DNA from: Bacteroidales bacterium
GTDB lineage: Bacteria > Bacteroidota > Bacteroidia > Bacteroidales > UBA7960
DNA length: 60,357 bases
Assembly (NCBI GenBank): GCA_003559735.1
Contig: PWKN01000169.1
Span: 1 to 60,357 of the forward strand
Direction of reading: 5' to 3'
Part shown: one piece after another, positions 19,434 to 28,095 of the stretch
How positions within the stretch are numbered: the stretch's first letter is position 1
Layout of the letters: the number at the start of each line of letters is the position of its first letter
The notes under the pieces: model-generated
What the model saw: only the letters and a program-made list of their open reading frames with translations
Told to the model about the DNA's origin: nothing
Databases searched by the model: none
Program-made: the position numbers and the translations under genes

Positions 19434-21791
19434 TCATCTTTTGATAAACTGTCGTATGGCCAGAAAGTGGTCTGATACAACCATGAGCAAATAAATGCCA
19501 TTTTTCAGGGAGCTTATATCAATTGTATGATTGAAAGCGGTATTGTTTGTGCTGGTTGCAAGTGACGAAAGAACCGTCTGACCGGTAATGTTGTATATGA
19601 TAATTTCCGCATCTGTTGTTATTTCTTCTGTTTTGATGTTGAGGTATTGTTCTGCAGGGTTCGGATAGATCATTACGTTCTGTGATATTTGGCTGCTGGG
19701 CAGCATACCTGTGTCTTCACCAATGTCTGGGTATGCTTCAAAAGAATAGATGGAGAAACCCCATTGTGTTGCCCGTTTATTGCCCATCATTCTGACAAAC
19801 CTGGCTTCTGCCGGGTCAAAAATTATCCGGTCCCACCCGCCATTTCCCATTGGCTCGTGATATACAGTCGTCCATTCAAGTCCGTCATCCGATAACTGTA
19901 TCTCATAATCTTTGCCATAAGCCGTTTCCCATCGGATCATCACACGTTGTATTGTCTTTATTTCCTCCATCTCAACAGCAAGCCATTGGTTATCTGCATA
20001 GTCAGAGGACCACCGGGTAGAGAGATTTCCGTCAACGGCGTGGTGCACTACAGGGGCTGAACTATGCGATGAGGAAGCAGATGGTATCCTGTTGAGCAGC
20101 AGGTTTTCGGAGTCGGGATCATATACCGAAATGCGAAAAGGTGACACTGCGTATTTCCCCAAACTATCAGCAGCCTGGATCACAATCCTGTTAAATCCCT
20201 GTTTGTCTGGAAATACAATTACTTTCAGGTCGTTGTCACAGGAAATGAATGCTTCCGCCAAATCAGGGTTGTTGTTACTCATGACAGAAAAGTTCAGGAC
20301 CATGTTTTCTGCCGGTGTTTCAAACACTTCATGAAGGTTGATCACCGTAAAAGTGTCCGCTTCTTCTTTGATCATTTGGTTGAAGAAACCCGGAATGTCC
20401 TTTATTATTTTGGGCGGATAATGGAACCCCTCATACAGGTAGGGTACAATGTAATCGCGGTAATTGTTTGCCCTTGTGAAGTATGTTTCATAAGGCAGTT
20501 TTACAGATGGATCTGTCCAGTCTTTGCTTCCGTTAATTCTTATTACAGTGTGTCCAACTTCGAATGTGTGGAGGTTTTCAATAAAACGTTCACTGTATTC
20601 TTCGAGGTATGGAACGGCATCGTTCATTACATCCCTGGTAAAGGCCACCCGGTCGTATGCGGCTTCGCATGCTGAGGCAAAAAACAGGTAGGGGTCAAGG
20701 GCTTTAAGGAAATCCACTTCAATGCCGCCATGAAAATGATGATTGCCATGGTATATGTGTGTGCTGGCCACCTCTTCAGGGAATGCGTGAAGCATGGCCC
20801 GCTGGGCATGTTGATAAACATCGCCGCCAAAGTTAAAAACAAAATCATGGTATTTTAAATTGAATGCCAGCGAACGGTTGTTTCTGTTGTCCCAGCTTTC
20901 AAAATGCTCCGAATGATAGTACATGTACCTCTCGTCTATTTCGTTGAACAAGGGGGAGTTCAGGATTTTAATCTCTACGTCATCTCCGCCGATTCCTGTG
21001 ATGGTATTTCCAACGGCAAACTTGGGCCAGTGTTGTGGGGCGAAGCCGTATTCACCATATCCGTACGGGTCGTTGGGGTTGGGCCGGTTGTTATAATCGC
21101 CATATGCATTGGGGGGTTTGAATAAATTGTATCGAACCTGGCCGATTTCAAATTCATCCAGCAACGGCCCTAGGCCATGAAAATGATCATAATGCCAATG
21201 GCTTATGAACACGTAGTCAATTTTTTGCCTGCCGTTCTCGCCGACGGGCAGATGGGTTCTGAGAAATGGAACCGTATAATTTCTTGCCGCGCTTTCGGTC
21301 CCGGTATCAATCATGAGTGTCTCACCGTTTGGTAAAAAGATCAGCACAGCATCTCCATGCCCCACATTGAATGTAATGATTTTCATATCATGGATTACAC
21401 CTTCTCCGGCACCAATAACATCGAGTCCGACATCCAGTATACTTCCATTGTCAAAGGTAAACAGAAGCACATGATGGCCGCTTCCGAATTCAATGATCTC
21501 TTCTTTGGAAAAATGGATTTGAATGGCTGTTGGCATATGACTGTTTTGAAATACCTGTTGCCCATATTCCACCTGTTCACCATTTCTGGTCACAGAAACC
21601 AGCGTATGTTCGTTTTCATGAACGATAAAGTAGAGGTCGCGCGGTGTGTCTTTGTAAAATATATTGTTTCGCGGACTCAGCAATGGTCTTTCGGCGAGAC
21701 GATTCACTTTTTGATTGTTTGCATCCATGCCGGTTGCTGATAATATGCAAAAAAGCATAAACACAGCGGCTACAATGTTTTTTTTATCCAT
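19434..21791 (-). CDS. T9SS-secreted ComEC-like metallo-beta-lactamase-fold hydrolase with X2-like, Ig-like and CBM32 modules
   Basis: Signal peptide from ATG 21791; FNVGHGDAVLI, LMIDTG, SHWHYDHFHG (HxHxDH), NNRSL, FGGD, GNHHFHG; AVDGNLSTRWSS CBM32; YPNPA...GIYLL CTD. Confidence 0.8.
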   Translation of the reverse strand: MDKKNIVAAVFMLFCILSATGMDANNQKVNRLAERPLLSPRNNIFYKDTPRDLYFIVHENEHTLVSVTRNGEQVEYGQQVFQNSHMPTAIQIHFSKEEIIEFGSGHHVLLFTFDNGSILDVGLDVIGAGEGVIHDMKIITFNVGHGDAVLIFLPNGETLMIDTGTESAARNYTVPFLRTHLPVGENGRQKIDYVFISHWHYDHFHGLGPLLDEFEIGQVRYNLFKPPNAYGDYNNRPNPNDPYGYGEYGFAPQHWPKFAVGNTITGIGGDDVEIKILNSPLFNEIDERYMYYHSEHFESWDNRNNRSLAFNLKYHDFVFNFGGDVYQHAQRAMLHAFPEEVASTHIYHGNHHFHGGIEVDFLKALDPYLFFASACEAAYDRVAFTRDVMNDAVPYLEEYSERFIENLHTFEVGHTVIRINGSKDWTDPSVKLPYETYFTRANNYRDYIVPYLYEGFHYPPKIIKDIPGFFNQMIKEEADTFTVINLHEVFETPAENMVLNFSVMSNNNPDLAEAFISCDNDLKVIVFPDKQGFNRIVIQAADSLGKYAVSPFRISVYDPDSENLLLNRIPSASSSHSSAPVVHHAVDGNLSTRWSSDYADNQWLAVEMEEIKTIQRVMIRWETAYGKDYEIQLSDDGLEWTTVYHEPMGNGGWDRIIFDPAEARFVRMMGNKRATQWGFSIYSFEAYPDIGEDTGMLPSSQISQNVMIYPNPAEQYLNIKTEEITTDAEIIIYNITGQTVLSSLATSTNNTAFNHTIDISSLKNGIYLLMVVSDHFLAIRQFIKR

Positions 21792-21889
21792 ATAACAGAT
21801 CAATTGAAATGACTTATTACTATCTTCAGGCTAGGTGATGCTGGATGTAAAAACCTGGGAACACCTTATCAATCCCTCGTATCATTAAT

Positions 21890-21951
21890 CAAAAATATTC
21901 AATTCTGGTTGTTGTGCATGCAATAGATGTTTTATAATATGGTACATATGT
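21890..21951 (-). promoter_or_regulatory. Promoter of the MBL-fold gene with putative HTCS direct-repeat site
   Basis: -7 TATTTTTG (21890-21897, minus); ATAGATGT (21923) and ACATATGT (21944). Confidence 0.6.
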
Positions 21952-22022
21952 GTCATACCCTGTGGGGTTTTTGTTATTGAAGGAATATATAAATGGGCAC
22001 AAACACCATGGGTGTTAACGGG

Positions 22023-23045
22023 TCAACGCAGTTGTTTCCGGGCACATTCAATAAAGGCAAGCATATTCGCGAGCGGCACATCACCTTCTACTGCATGGGC
22101 AGGTGAAAAGATATAGCTTCCGTTCTTCCCCTTTTCAAGGAGCGCTTCCGACTCGGCGCGGACCTCTCCGGGGGTGGCGTATGGTAATGTTTTCTGTGTT
22201 GACAGCCCACCATGAAAGCTCAGGGTGCCCCGGTACCTGTCCATGAGTGCAAACACATCCATTACCTCTGGCTGGAATGGATTAAAGCAATCAACACCTG
22301 TTTCCACCAGGTCGTCAAAGAGTTCCTTTACATCGCCGCATGAGTGTATCATTACAAACTTTCCGGCATCACGGACTGTCTGGTACATGTTTTTTAAATG
22401 TGGCCTGATCATATCACGCCACGCACCGGGTCCCATGATCAGCCCTTTTTGCTGTCCCCAGTCGTCTCCGAAGTAGACGGCATCGATGTCATATTCGAGG
22501 GCTTTCCGGATCTGGGAAATGTTATAGCTGGCAATCGCTTCCATTAAATCATAGACAAACCCGGGGTGCAGCATGAAATCGATCATCAGGTTTTCCATTC
22601 CGCGCAGGGTCCATGCCCTTTCAAACAGGCTGAACCCGATCCGGAAGACCCTGAACATGCCGGGGTGCCTTTCACAAAGTGGCTTGATGTTTTCAAAAAA
22701 TACCGGATGGCAGGGATCAGGGAATGTATAGTCCGACAAGTCGGGTTCAGACAAAATGATCTCTTTGACGTTACCGATGTCTTTGTCAACAGACCGGTCC
22801 CACACCACACCAAAAACATCCTTGTAAAGGTCGTTTCCCAGAGGTTCAAAAAACCCAATGTCGCTCCCCAGGCCAAGGATATGATTATACAGGACGTCGT
22901 CAAGTTCTGTACTCTGGTAGTGCTGGCATAACGTTTCCTTCGCTTCAACGGTGAATGAAAAGGACCATGGTGTATACGGGGGTTTTTTGCCTTCAAGGAC
23001 CATGCGCACTACATCGCGACGTGATGGATAACCAGGTGTATTCAT
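22023..23045 (-). CDS. URO-D/MtaA-CmuA fold corrinoid methyltransferase
   Basis: LFERAWTLRGMENLM, FGDDWGQQ, IHSCGD, NPFQPE, FHGGLSTQ, SPAH; URO-D-like TIM barrel next to a corrinoid protein. Confidence 0.8.
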   Translation of the reverse strand: MNTPGYPSRRDVVRMVLEGKKPPYTPWSFSFTVEAKETLCQHYQSTELDDVLYNHILGLGSDIGFFEPLGNDLYKDVFGVVWDRSVDKDIGNVKEIILSEPDLSDYTFPDPCHPVFFENIKPLCERHPGMFRVFRIGFSLFERAWTLRGMENLMIDFMLHPGFVYDLMEAIASYNISQIRKALEYDIDAVYFGDDWGQQKGLIMGPGAWRDMIRPHLKNMYQTVRDAGKFVMIHSCGDVKELFDDLVETGVDCFNPFQPEVMDVFALMDRYRGTLSFHGGLSTQKTLPYATPGEVRAESEALLEKGKNGSYIFSPAHAVEGDVPLANMLAFIECARKQLR

Positions 23046-23063
23046 AAGAGAGGATTTGTGATG

Positions 23064-23762
23064 TTATACCGAATGCTTGATGTTTCTGTAATTGCAGTTT
23101 ACATTGCTGCAGGCATTGCACACATATTTGTCGAACCGTACCTTTGTGCCGATCCCTATGATCCCGCTGACAGATTTTACGGGCTGCATTAGGGCAGATC
23201 CGGATATGCGAATACCGCAAAAACCTTCAGGGAACAATTTGAACAGCTTGTGTTGTTCGTCGACATTCCAGTTGCAGTATCCCGGACTGTAACGGTTGGT
23301 GACTTTCAATCCTTGTTTTTTCATGTCGCCGGCCAGGTGCTGATGAACGACATCCATTGCTGCGTCGGCCAGTAAAGAGCCAATGTAGTCGGTCACATAT
23401 GCCTCAACCTGCAATGATGCATTCATCTTTTCTTTGATACGGTTGCTTATGGTCTCACCCGCCGTGCACATAAAAAATGCAAACATCTCGGCATCCTGGA
23501 GAAACCGCATGATCTGTTTGCCTGGGTTGAACACGATGCCGTTGGCTGCTATTGTTTTTGCCGAAAGGTTGGGTTTGGCATGCCGGAATATACGGTATCC
23601 ACCTTTAATGTCATCATAAGTAGCAATCAGTTCGAGCTCATTCCTGATCAGTTCATCGAATGGATCGGGGATGTCGCCGGGATCGAATCCCATGACCCTG
23701 GCAACCATCTTTATGTCGATATTTATCTCGCCTGGACGTATGGTATATTGCATGCAGTTCAT
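23064..23762 (-). CDS. Stand-alone B12-dependent methionine synthase activation (reactivation) domain
   Basis: FMCTAG, RYSPGYCNW, MQPVKSVSGIIG and a C-terminal CxxCxxxxC cluster. Confidence 0.85.
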   Translation of the reverse strand: MNCMQYTIRPGEINIDIKMVARVMGFDPGDIPDPFDELIRNELELIATYDDIKGGYRIFRHAKPNLSAKTIAANGIVFNPGKQIMRFLQDAEMFAFFMCTAGETISNRIKEKMNASLQVEAYVTDYIGSLLADAAMDVVHQHLAGDMKKQGLKVTNRYSPGYCNWNVDEQHKLFKLFPEGFCGIRISGSALMQPVKSVSGIIGIGTKVRFDKYVCNACSNVNCNYRNIKHSV

Positions 23763-24673
23763 GTTGACCTTGTTTTTTGGAACAGTTCACGAAGCATTGC
23801 CGGGGAGGTGTTCAGGCCGAAAGTTACCAGTTCAGTAGGTCCGGCATAGGAGCTGATCTCCTGATAGTCAGTTGTTTCAAATACTGAATGTATGCCCATA
23901 ACGCGTCCGTCGGTCATATTTACAAATCCCTTGATCCGGTAACAGTCTTTTTGTAATGCGCTCACCATGGCAGTCAGTCCGTTATGGGTCATTTTATCGT
24001 GGGTGCGCAACACGCTTACTTTAACAGGAGGGCGTCCCGCAGATCGTTTTCCTTTAAAACGTGCTGCAGCCTTGTGCGGATGATCTGCCGTTTTTAGCAG
24101 CAGGGAAGGGTCAACACGGCAATGGGTCGTTTCTGTGATCTCAGCAAAGGGATTCAGGTCTGTTAACTGTTTGCGCAGCCGACCCAAATCACCCCCGAAA
24201 AGATCGGTTTTATTCAGGAGCAGATGATCTGCGACCATAACCTGGTGTCTGAATCCCGGTAGCATGTTCAGCCCTTTTTCAAAATGAACGGCATCAACAA
24301 CTGTTATGATGTGTGCATGTGTGATCTTCCCGCTGATGCCCTGATCCTGTAGTAGTTCCATTACATTCACAGGATCGGCAAGTCCGGAGGCCTCCAGAAA
24401 GATCAGCTCCGGATTGTGTTTACTAATAATGGTGTGCAGTGCATTCAAAAAAACGGACATCAGGCAGACACAAAAAACGGACCCGTTGTTGAGTTCCACC
24501 AGGTGGAAATCTTTGCTTGTTTGCAACAGTTCTTTTTCGTCGATGCCGGTGGGAGCGAACTCGTTCTGGATAATTGCCGTTCTTCTCTCCTGTGCACCCG
24601 TTGTGAGCACATGTTTCAGGAAAGAGGTTTTTCCGCTTCCCAGGGAGCCAATTACCAGTACCAGTGAGGTCAT
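23759..24673 (-). CDS. CobW/COG0523 G3E-family GTPase metallochaperone
   Basis: GSLGSGKT Walker A, IQNEF, NGSVFCVC, EASGLADP, VVDA, LNKTD, YRIKGFV. Confidence 0.9.
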   Translation of the reverse strand: MTSLVLVIGSLGSGKTSFLKHVLTTGAQERRTAIIQNEFAPTGIDEKELLQTSKDFHLVELNNGSVFCVCLMSVFLNALHTIISKHNPELIFLEASGLADPVNVMELLQDQGISGKITHAHIITVVDAVHFEKGLNMLPGFRHQVMVADHLLLNKTDLFGGDLGRLRKQLTDLNPFAEITETTHCRVDPSLLLKTADHPHKAAARFKGKRSAGRPPVKVSVLRTHDKMTHNGLTAMVSALQKDCYRIKGFVNMTDGRVMGIHSVFETTDYQEISSYAGPTELVTFGLNTSPAMLRELFQKTRST

Positions 24674-26031
24674 GATGATTTTTTTCGGAGTCTTTGGTTG
24701 ATGACCTCCCTGATCCTTTCTACCGGCGGAATTTGTGATTCAAACTCTATGTTCCCGTCTATGACAACAGAAGGGATCTTTTTTACACCCAGGCTTGCCA
24801 TCATCTGTATCCCTTCTTTCGCGGTAATGCGGTGTTCTTTGGCAACCACGCTGTTGCCGAATGGTTCAGCGGCTCTTGCCACGGCATCCACCATGTACTG
24901 GCAAGGTGCACATGATGAAGAGTCGAGGGTGATGATGTCGATGACAACCTGTGTATCGCTCCAGTGACTGTCCAGGTCAAGGGTATCTATTGCTGAGGTT
25001 GTTGCGGCTGATGCCCGGAGTTCTCCCTGGCGCATTTCGTCGTGGACAAGTTCTGCCACAGCCATGAGGTTTTCCGGTGGGGTGTCAAAAGGAAGATCAC
25101 ATCCCGGGGCCAGAATAAAACCTTGTTTGCCTCCTGTATCCATGCATTGCAGGGCTTCCCGCTGTGCTTCTTCCGGTGTCCCCATCAGCAGGGCTACTGT
25201 AAGCTTCATGTTGCCGCCAAAACTGAGTTTGTGATCCAGTGCCGTATCCCTGACAAAGTCAAGGGCGATGTTTTCATCAATAGAAATGTTGTCGGGTTTG
25301 CTCTGGCACATCAGTTCAATGTTCTGGGTGGCATTGCCACATACGAAAAATGAACCCAGTCCCTGCTGTGCGCGGATGTCGCTGAAAATTTCACTGACAT
25401 AAGGGGAAACAAAAGTTTCGAACGACATGGGGTCGATCTGGCTTGTCATGGGGTCAACCATGGCAATAATATCGCAGCCTGACTGTATGTATTCGCCGGC
25501 CATCATTTTGGCTGCCTTCGTGGAAAACCCCATCAGGTCGTGGACCATTGCGGGATCTTCGAACATCTTCATAAAAATATCCGTTCCCAGCAGGTGCAGT
25601 GAAAGGGTAAACGGACCGGTGATCAGTCCGTACAAGGCAATGCCGGGGTGTGCATCGCGCAGCTTCCTGGCCGCCTCTGTCACAACAGGGATTCGTCCAC
25701 GGCAGGTGCAGGGCACTTTCAGTTCTTCTACTCCCATTCCGTTTTGCAGCGGATGGGATATTACCGATGGCGGACTGTTATCGGACCATTTCAGCTGGCA
25801 ACCAAGGGCCTCAGCTTCAATTTGCAGGTCAAACACCACAGGAATGCCATCCGGGTTATACATGTTGATGGCCCTGGATACGCCGTTTACTATATGATCT
25901 GTTGATTTAAGGTATTGTTCGGCACCGACACCCAGCAGTTTTGCTGCATGCACGCCTACAAAGGGGACCCACGGGATCCGATCGACGGTTTCAAGGCGGA
26001 AGGCCTTTTTGATCAGGTCAATTTGCTGCAT
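24670..26031 (-). CDS. MtaA/CmuA-like methyltransferase fused to a C-terminal thioredoxin-like domain
   Basis: FDLQIEAEALG, TGPFTL, VDP, FVCGN, FGGN, ILAPGCDLP..TPPEN; C-terminal SCAPCQYM and GVKKIPSVVIDG. Confidence 0.85.
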   Translation of the reverse strand: MQQIDLIKKAFRLETVDRIPWVPFVGVHAAKLLGVGAEQYLKSTDHIVNGVSRAINMYNPDGIPVVFDLQIEAEALGCQLKWSDNSPPSVISHPLQNGMGVEELKVPCTCRGRIPVVTEAARKLRDAHPGIALYGLITGPFTLSLHLLGTDIFMKMFEDPAMVHDLMGFSTKAAKMMAGEYIQSGCDIIAMVDPMTSQIDPMSFETFVSPYVSEIFSDIRAQQGLGSFFVCGNATQNIELMCQSKPDNISIDENIALDFVRDTALDHKLSFGGNMKLTVALLMGTPEEAQREALQCMDTGGKQGFILAPGCDLPFDTPPENLMAVAELVHDEMRQGELRASAATTSAIDTLDLDSHWSDTQVVIDIITLDSSSCAPCQYMVDAVARAAEPFGNSVVAKEHRITAKEGIQMMASLGVKKIPSVVIDGNIEFESQIPPVERIREVINQRLRKKSS

Positions 26032-26701
26032 TGGTTGTATGTAGTTGGTTTAAATATTCGACCAATCCCTGGGGGTCCGGACTGTAAAGGTCGGCGCTGA
26101 TCCGGTCACAAAAGTCCTGCGTAACGGGTGCACCCCCGATGCAGACTTTTACACCGGGGTTTTTGTCTTTTAGTGTTTTGACGATCGTTTCCATGTTTAC
26201 CATGGTTGTAGTGAGCAGTGCGGATAATGCAACGACCGCTTCAGGATATTTTTCTGATTCTTCAAGGAAGCGATCGGCACCCACATCGGTTCCCAGGTTG
26301 ATCACCTCATAGCCATTGCCTTCAACCATCATTGCAACCAGGTTTTTCCCTATGTCGTGCAGGTCTCCCTGCACTGTACCGATTATGCAGGTACCTTTTC
26401 GTTTTACATCGCCACTGCTGAAAAAAGGTTTCAAATGAGCCATGGCAGCTCCCATTGCTTTTGCCGACATCAGCACCTGGGGAACAAAGATCTTGTTTTT
26501 ACGAAATTTGTCTCCAACCTGTTCCATCCCTTTAATGAGGGCCATGTTGAGGATATCACCTGCATTCAGTCCCTCGTTCAGTGCTTTCAGTGTAAGCTCA
26601 TCGGCCCCGTCTTTCCCCTTCATGTCAGGAGGATAAGGCGATTGATTGTTGATCTTTCCAAATTCAATGCAACAGGAAATCTGGTCCAGTAATTCTTTCA
26701 T
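26018..26701 (-). CDS. Corrinoid (cobalamin-binding) protein, MtbC/MttC-like
   Basis: Cap domain GMEQVGDKF...FVPQVLMSA; B12 motif GDLHDIGKNLV...LSALLTTT...IGGAP. Start probably ATG 26701. Confidence 0.93.
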   Translation of the reverse strand: MKELLDQISCCIEFGKINNQSPYPPDMKGKDGADELTLKALNEGLNAGDILNMALIKGMEQVGDKFRKNKIFVPQVLMSAKAMGAAMAHLKPFFSSGDVKRKGTCIIGTVQGDLHDIGKNLVAMMVEGNGYEVINLGTDVGADRFLEESEKYPEAVVALSALLTTTMVNMETIVKTLKDKNPGVKVCIGGAPVTQDFCDRISADLYSPDPQGLVEYLNQLHTTNAAN

Positions 26702-26722
26702 TGTTATCTTATTTGCATTCAA

Positions 26723-27970
26723 CTATAATTCTCTGACGGCTTCAACCATCGCTGCCACATTTTCTATGGGCACATTTGCCTGAATATTATGTACTGTGTT
26801 AAATACAAAGCCCCCGTTTTTATTAAATACCTCACATTGCCGTTTCACATGATCCCTGACCTGACCGGGATCGCCAAAAGGGAGTACTTTTTGTGTATCA
26901 GCCCCTCCGCCCCAAAAAACGAGGTGGTTGCCGTATTTTTCTTTCAGCGCAATGGGATCCATCCCTTTTGCGTTGATTTGCAGCGGGTTGATGATGTCAA
27001 AACCAGAATCGATAAAGGCCTGCATGAAAGGCTCCACTGCACCGCATGAATGTTTAAAGGTTTTCCAACCGGTATGCTGGTGGATCCAGTCATTCATCTT
27101 TTTATAGTAGGGGGCATACAGCTCGTTGTATGTTTCCAGACTACAAAAGGTTGAATCCTGTGTTCCGAAATCGGTACCGCAAATAAACACCACGTCCACA
27201 TTGCTGCCTGTTGCCTGATGAGCTTTTTCCAGGTTGCGCAATGCGATGTCTGTTTGTCTTTCAAATACCTGGTGCAGGTAGTCGGGTCGCATTAGCGCAG
27301 ACATATACCAGTCGGCCACCGCGCGTATCCCTTTGGGGTCATTCAGGTTCAAGCCGGGAACAAGGGCAATGTCGCCTATGGCCGTACCTCCAAAGTTGGC
27401 AACGACACCTCTCCCTTTTTTGGCGGCTGCTGAACTTTGTGCTGCCCAATAATTATAATCATTTTCAGTCCAGACACCAAACTCTTCCAGGTTGTCGTCG
27501 GGGTTCAGCCTGCTTTCGTCAACCGGATGTTGTCTTTCAATGGCATCAAAAAAGTAGCCCCTGACGGGCATTTTGGCACTGGGCGGTACCGACAGGTCCC
27601 CCCCGGGGTGAATCAGCAGGTTCCCTTCCTTGTCGGAAGATGTGTTGAATTGTTGGGGGACAAGGACATCCTGGCCCCAGAATGTTTTAAAGGGTTTCCA
27701 ATTCTCCTGTGGATGTCCGAACATATTGTTTGGCGGACCGATGCCAACGACGTCAACACCAAGTATTTCGATCAGTTCATCATCTATTTCTCCCAGCATC
27801 TGGTATGGCTCAATTACTTTTACGGACTTTTGCTCCAGTCCGTAGTGCCTTCTCAGTTTTTCGACTACAAGGACATGGATGCCCGTAACAGAGGTAGAAC
27901 CGTAGTCAACAACCACACGGTCTGTTTCTTCGTGTTGAATGGTTTTAATGAACAGCTCTTTTGAACGCAT
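26723..27970 (-). CDS. URO-D/MtaA-CmuA fold corrinoid methyltransferase
   Basis: GTDFGTQ, FKHSCGA, DIINPLQ, FWGGGADTQ, GGFVFNTVHNIQ. Confidence 0.8.
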   Translation of the reverse strand: MRSKELFIKTIQHEETDRVVVDYGSTSVTGIHVLVVEKLRRHYGLEQKSVKVIEPYQMLGEIDDELIEILGVDVVGIGPPNNMFGHPQENWKPFKTFWGQDVLVPQQFNTSSDKEGNLLIHPGGDLSVPPSAKMPVRGYFFDAIERQHPVDESRLNPDDNLEEFGVWTENDYNYWAAQSSAAAKKGRGVVANFGGTAIGDIALVPGLNLNDPKGIRAVADWYMSALMRPDYLHQVFERQTDIALRNLEKAHQATGSNVDVVFICGTDFGTQDSTFCSLETYNELYAPYYKKMNDWIHQHTGWKTFKHSCGAVEPFMQAFIDSGFDIINPLQINAKGMDPIALKEKYGNHLVFWGGGADTQKVLPFGDPGQVRDHVKRQCEVFNKNGGFVFNTVHNIQANVPIENVAAMVEAVREL

Positions 27971-27995
27971 AACCCGATTATTTCAAAACCCAAAA

Positions 27996-28027
27996 CAAAA
28001 GTACATGATTTTTTTTACCGGCGGTAA
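27996..28027 (-). promoter_or_regulatory. Internal promoter of the methyltransferase operon with adjacent palindrome
   Basis: -7 TACTTTTG (27996-28003, minus); TTACCG-G-CGGTAA at 28015-28027. Confidence 0.45.
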
Positions 28028-28095
28028 GAAAAACCTGCTGTTTGAATTACCATGAAATGGCCGCACATAAAGTCATACACAATACATTGCCAGGG

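Noticed and set aside
19434-21791. ComEC DNA-uptake channel or antibiotic-resistance beta-lactamase
   Set aside because: No multi-pass competence domain; it is a soluble T9SS cargo with CBM32 in a PUL. The fold alone does not imply beta-lactam hydrolysis.
22023-27970. Annotation of the URO-D-like genes as heme-biosynthetic uroporphyrinogen decarboxylase (hemE)
   Set aside because: They lack the HemE N-terminal RQAGR motif, have HxC-type metal ligands and are coupled to a corrinoid protein.
27971-28095. Cobalamin riboswitch upstream of the corrinoid operon
   Set aside because: Only 125 nt, promoter close to the start codon and no B12-box recognised by eye; an Infernal search would be decisive.
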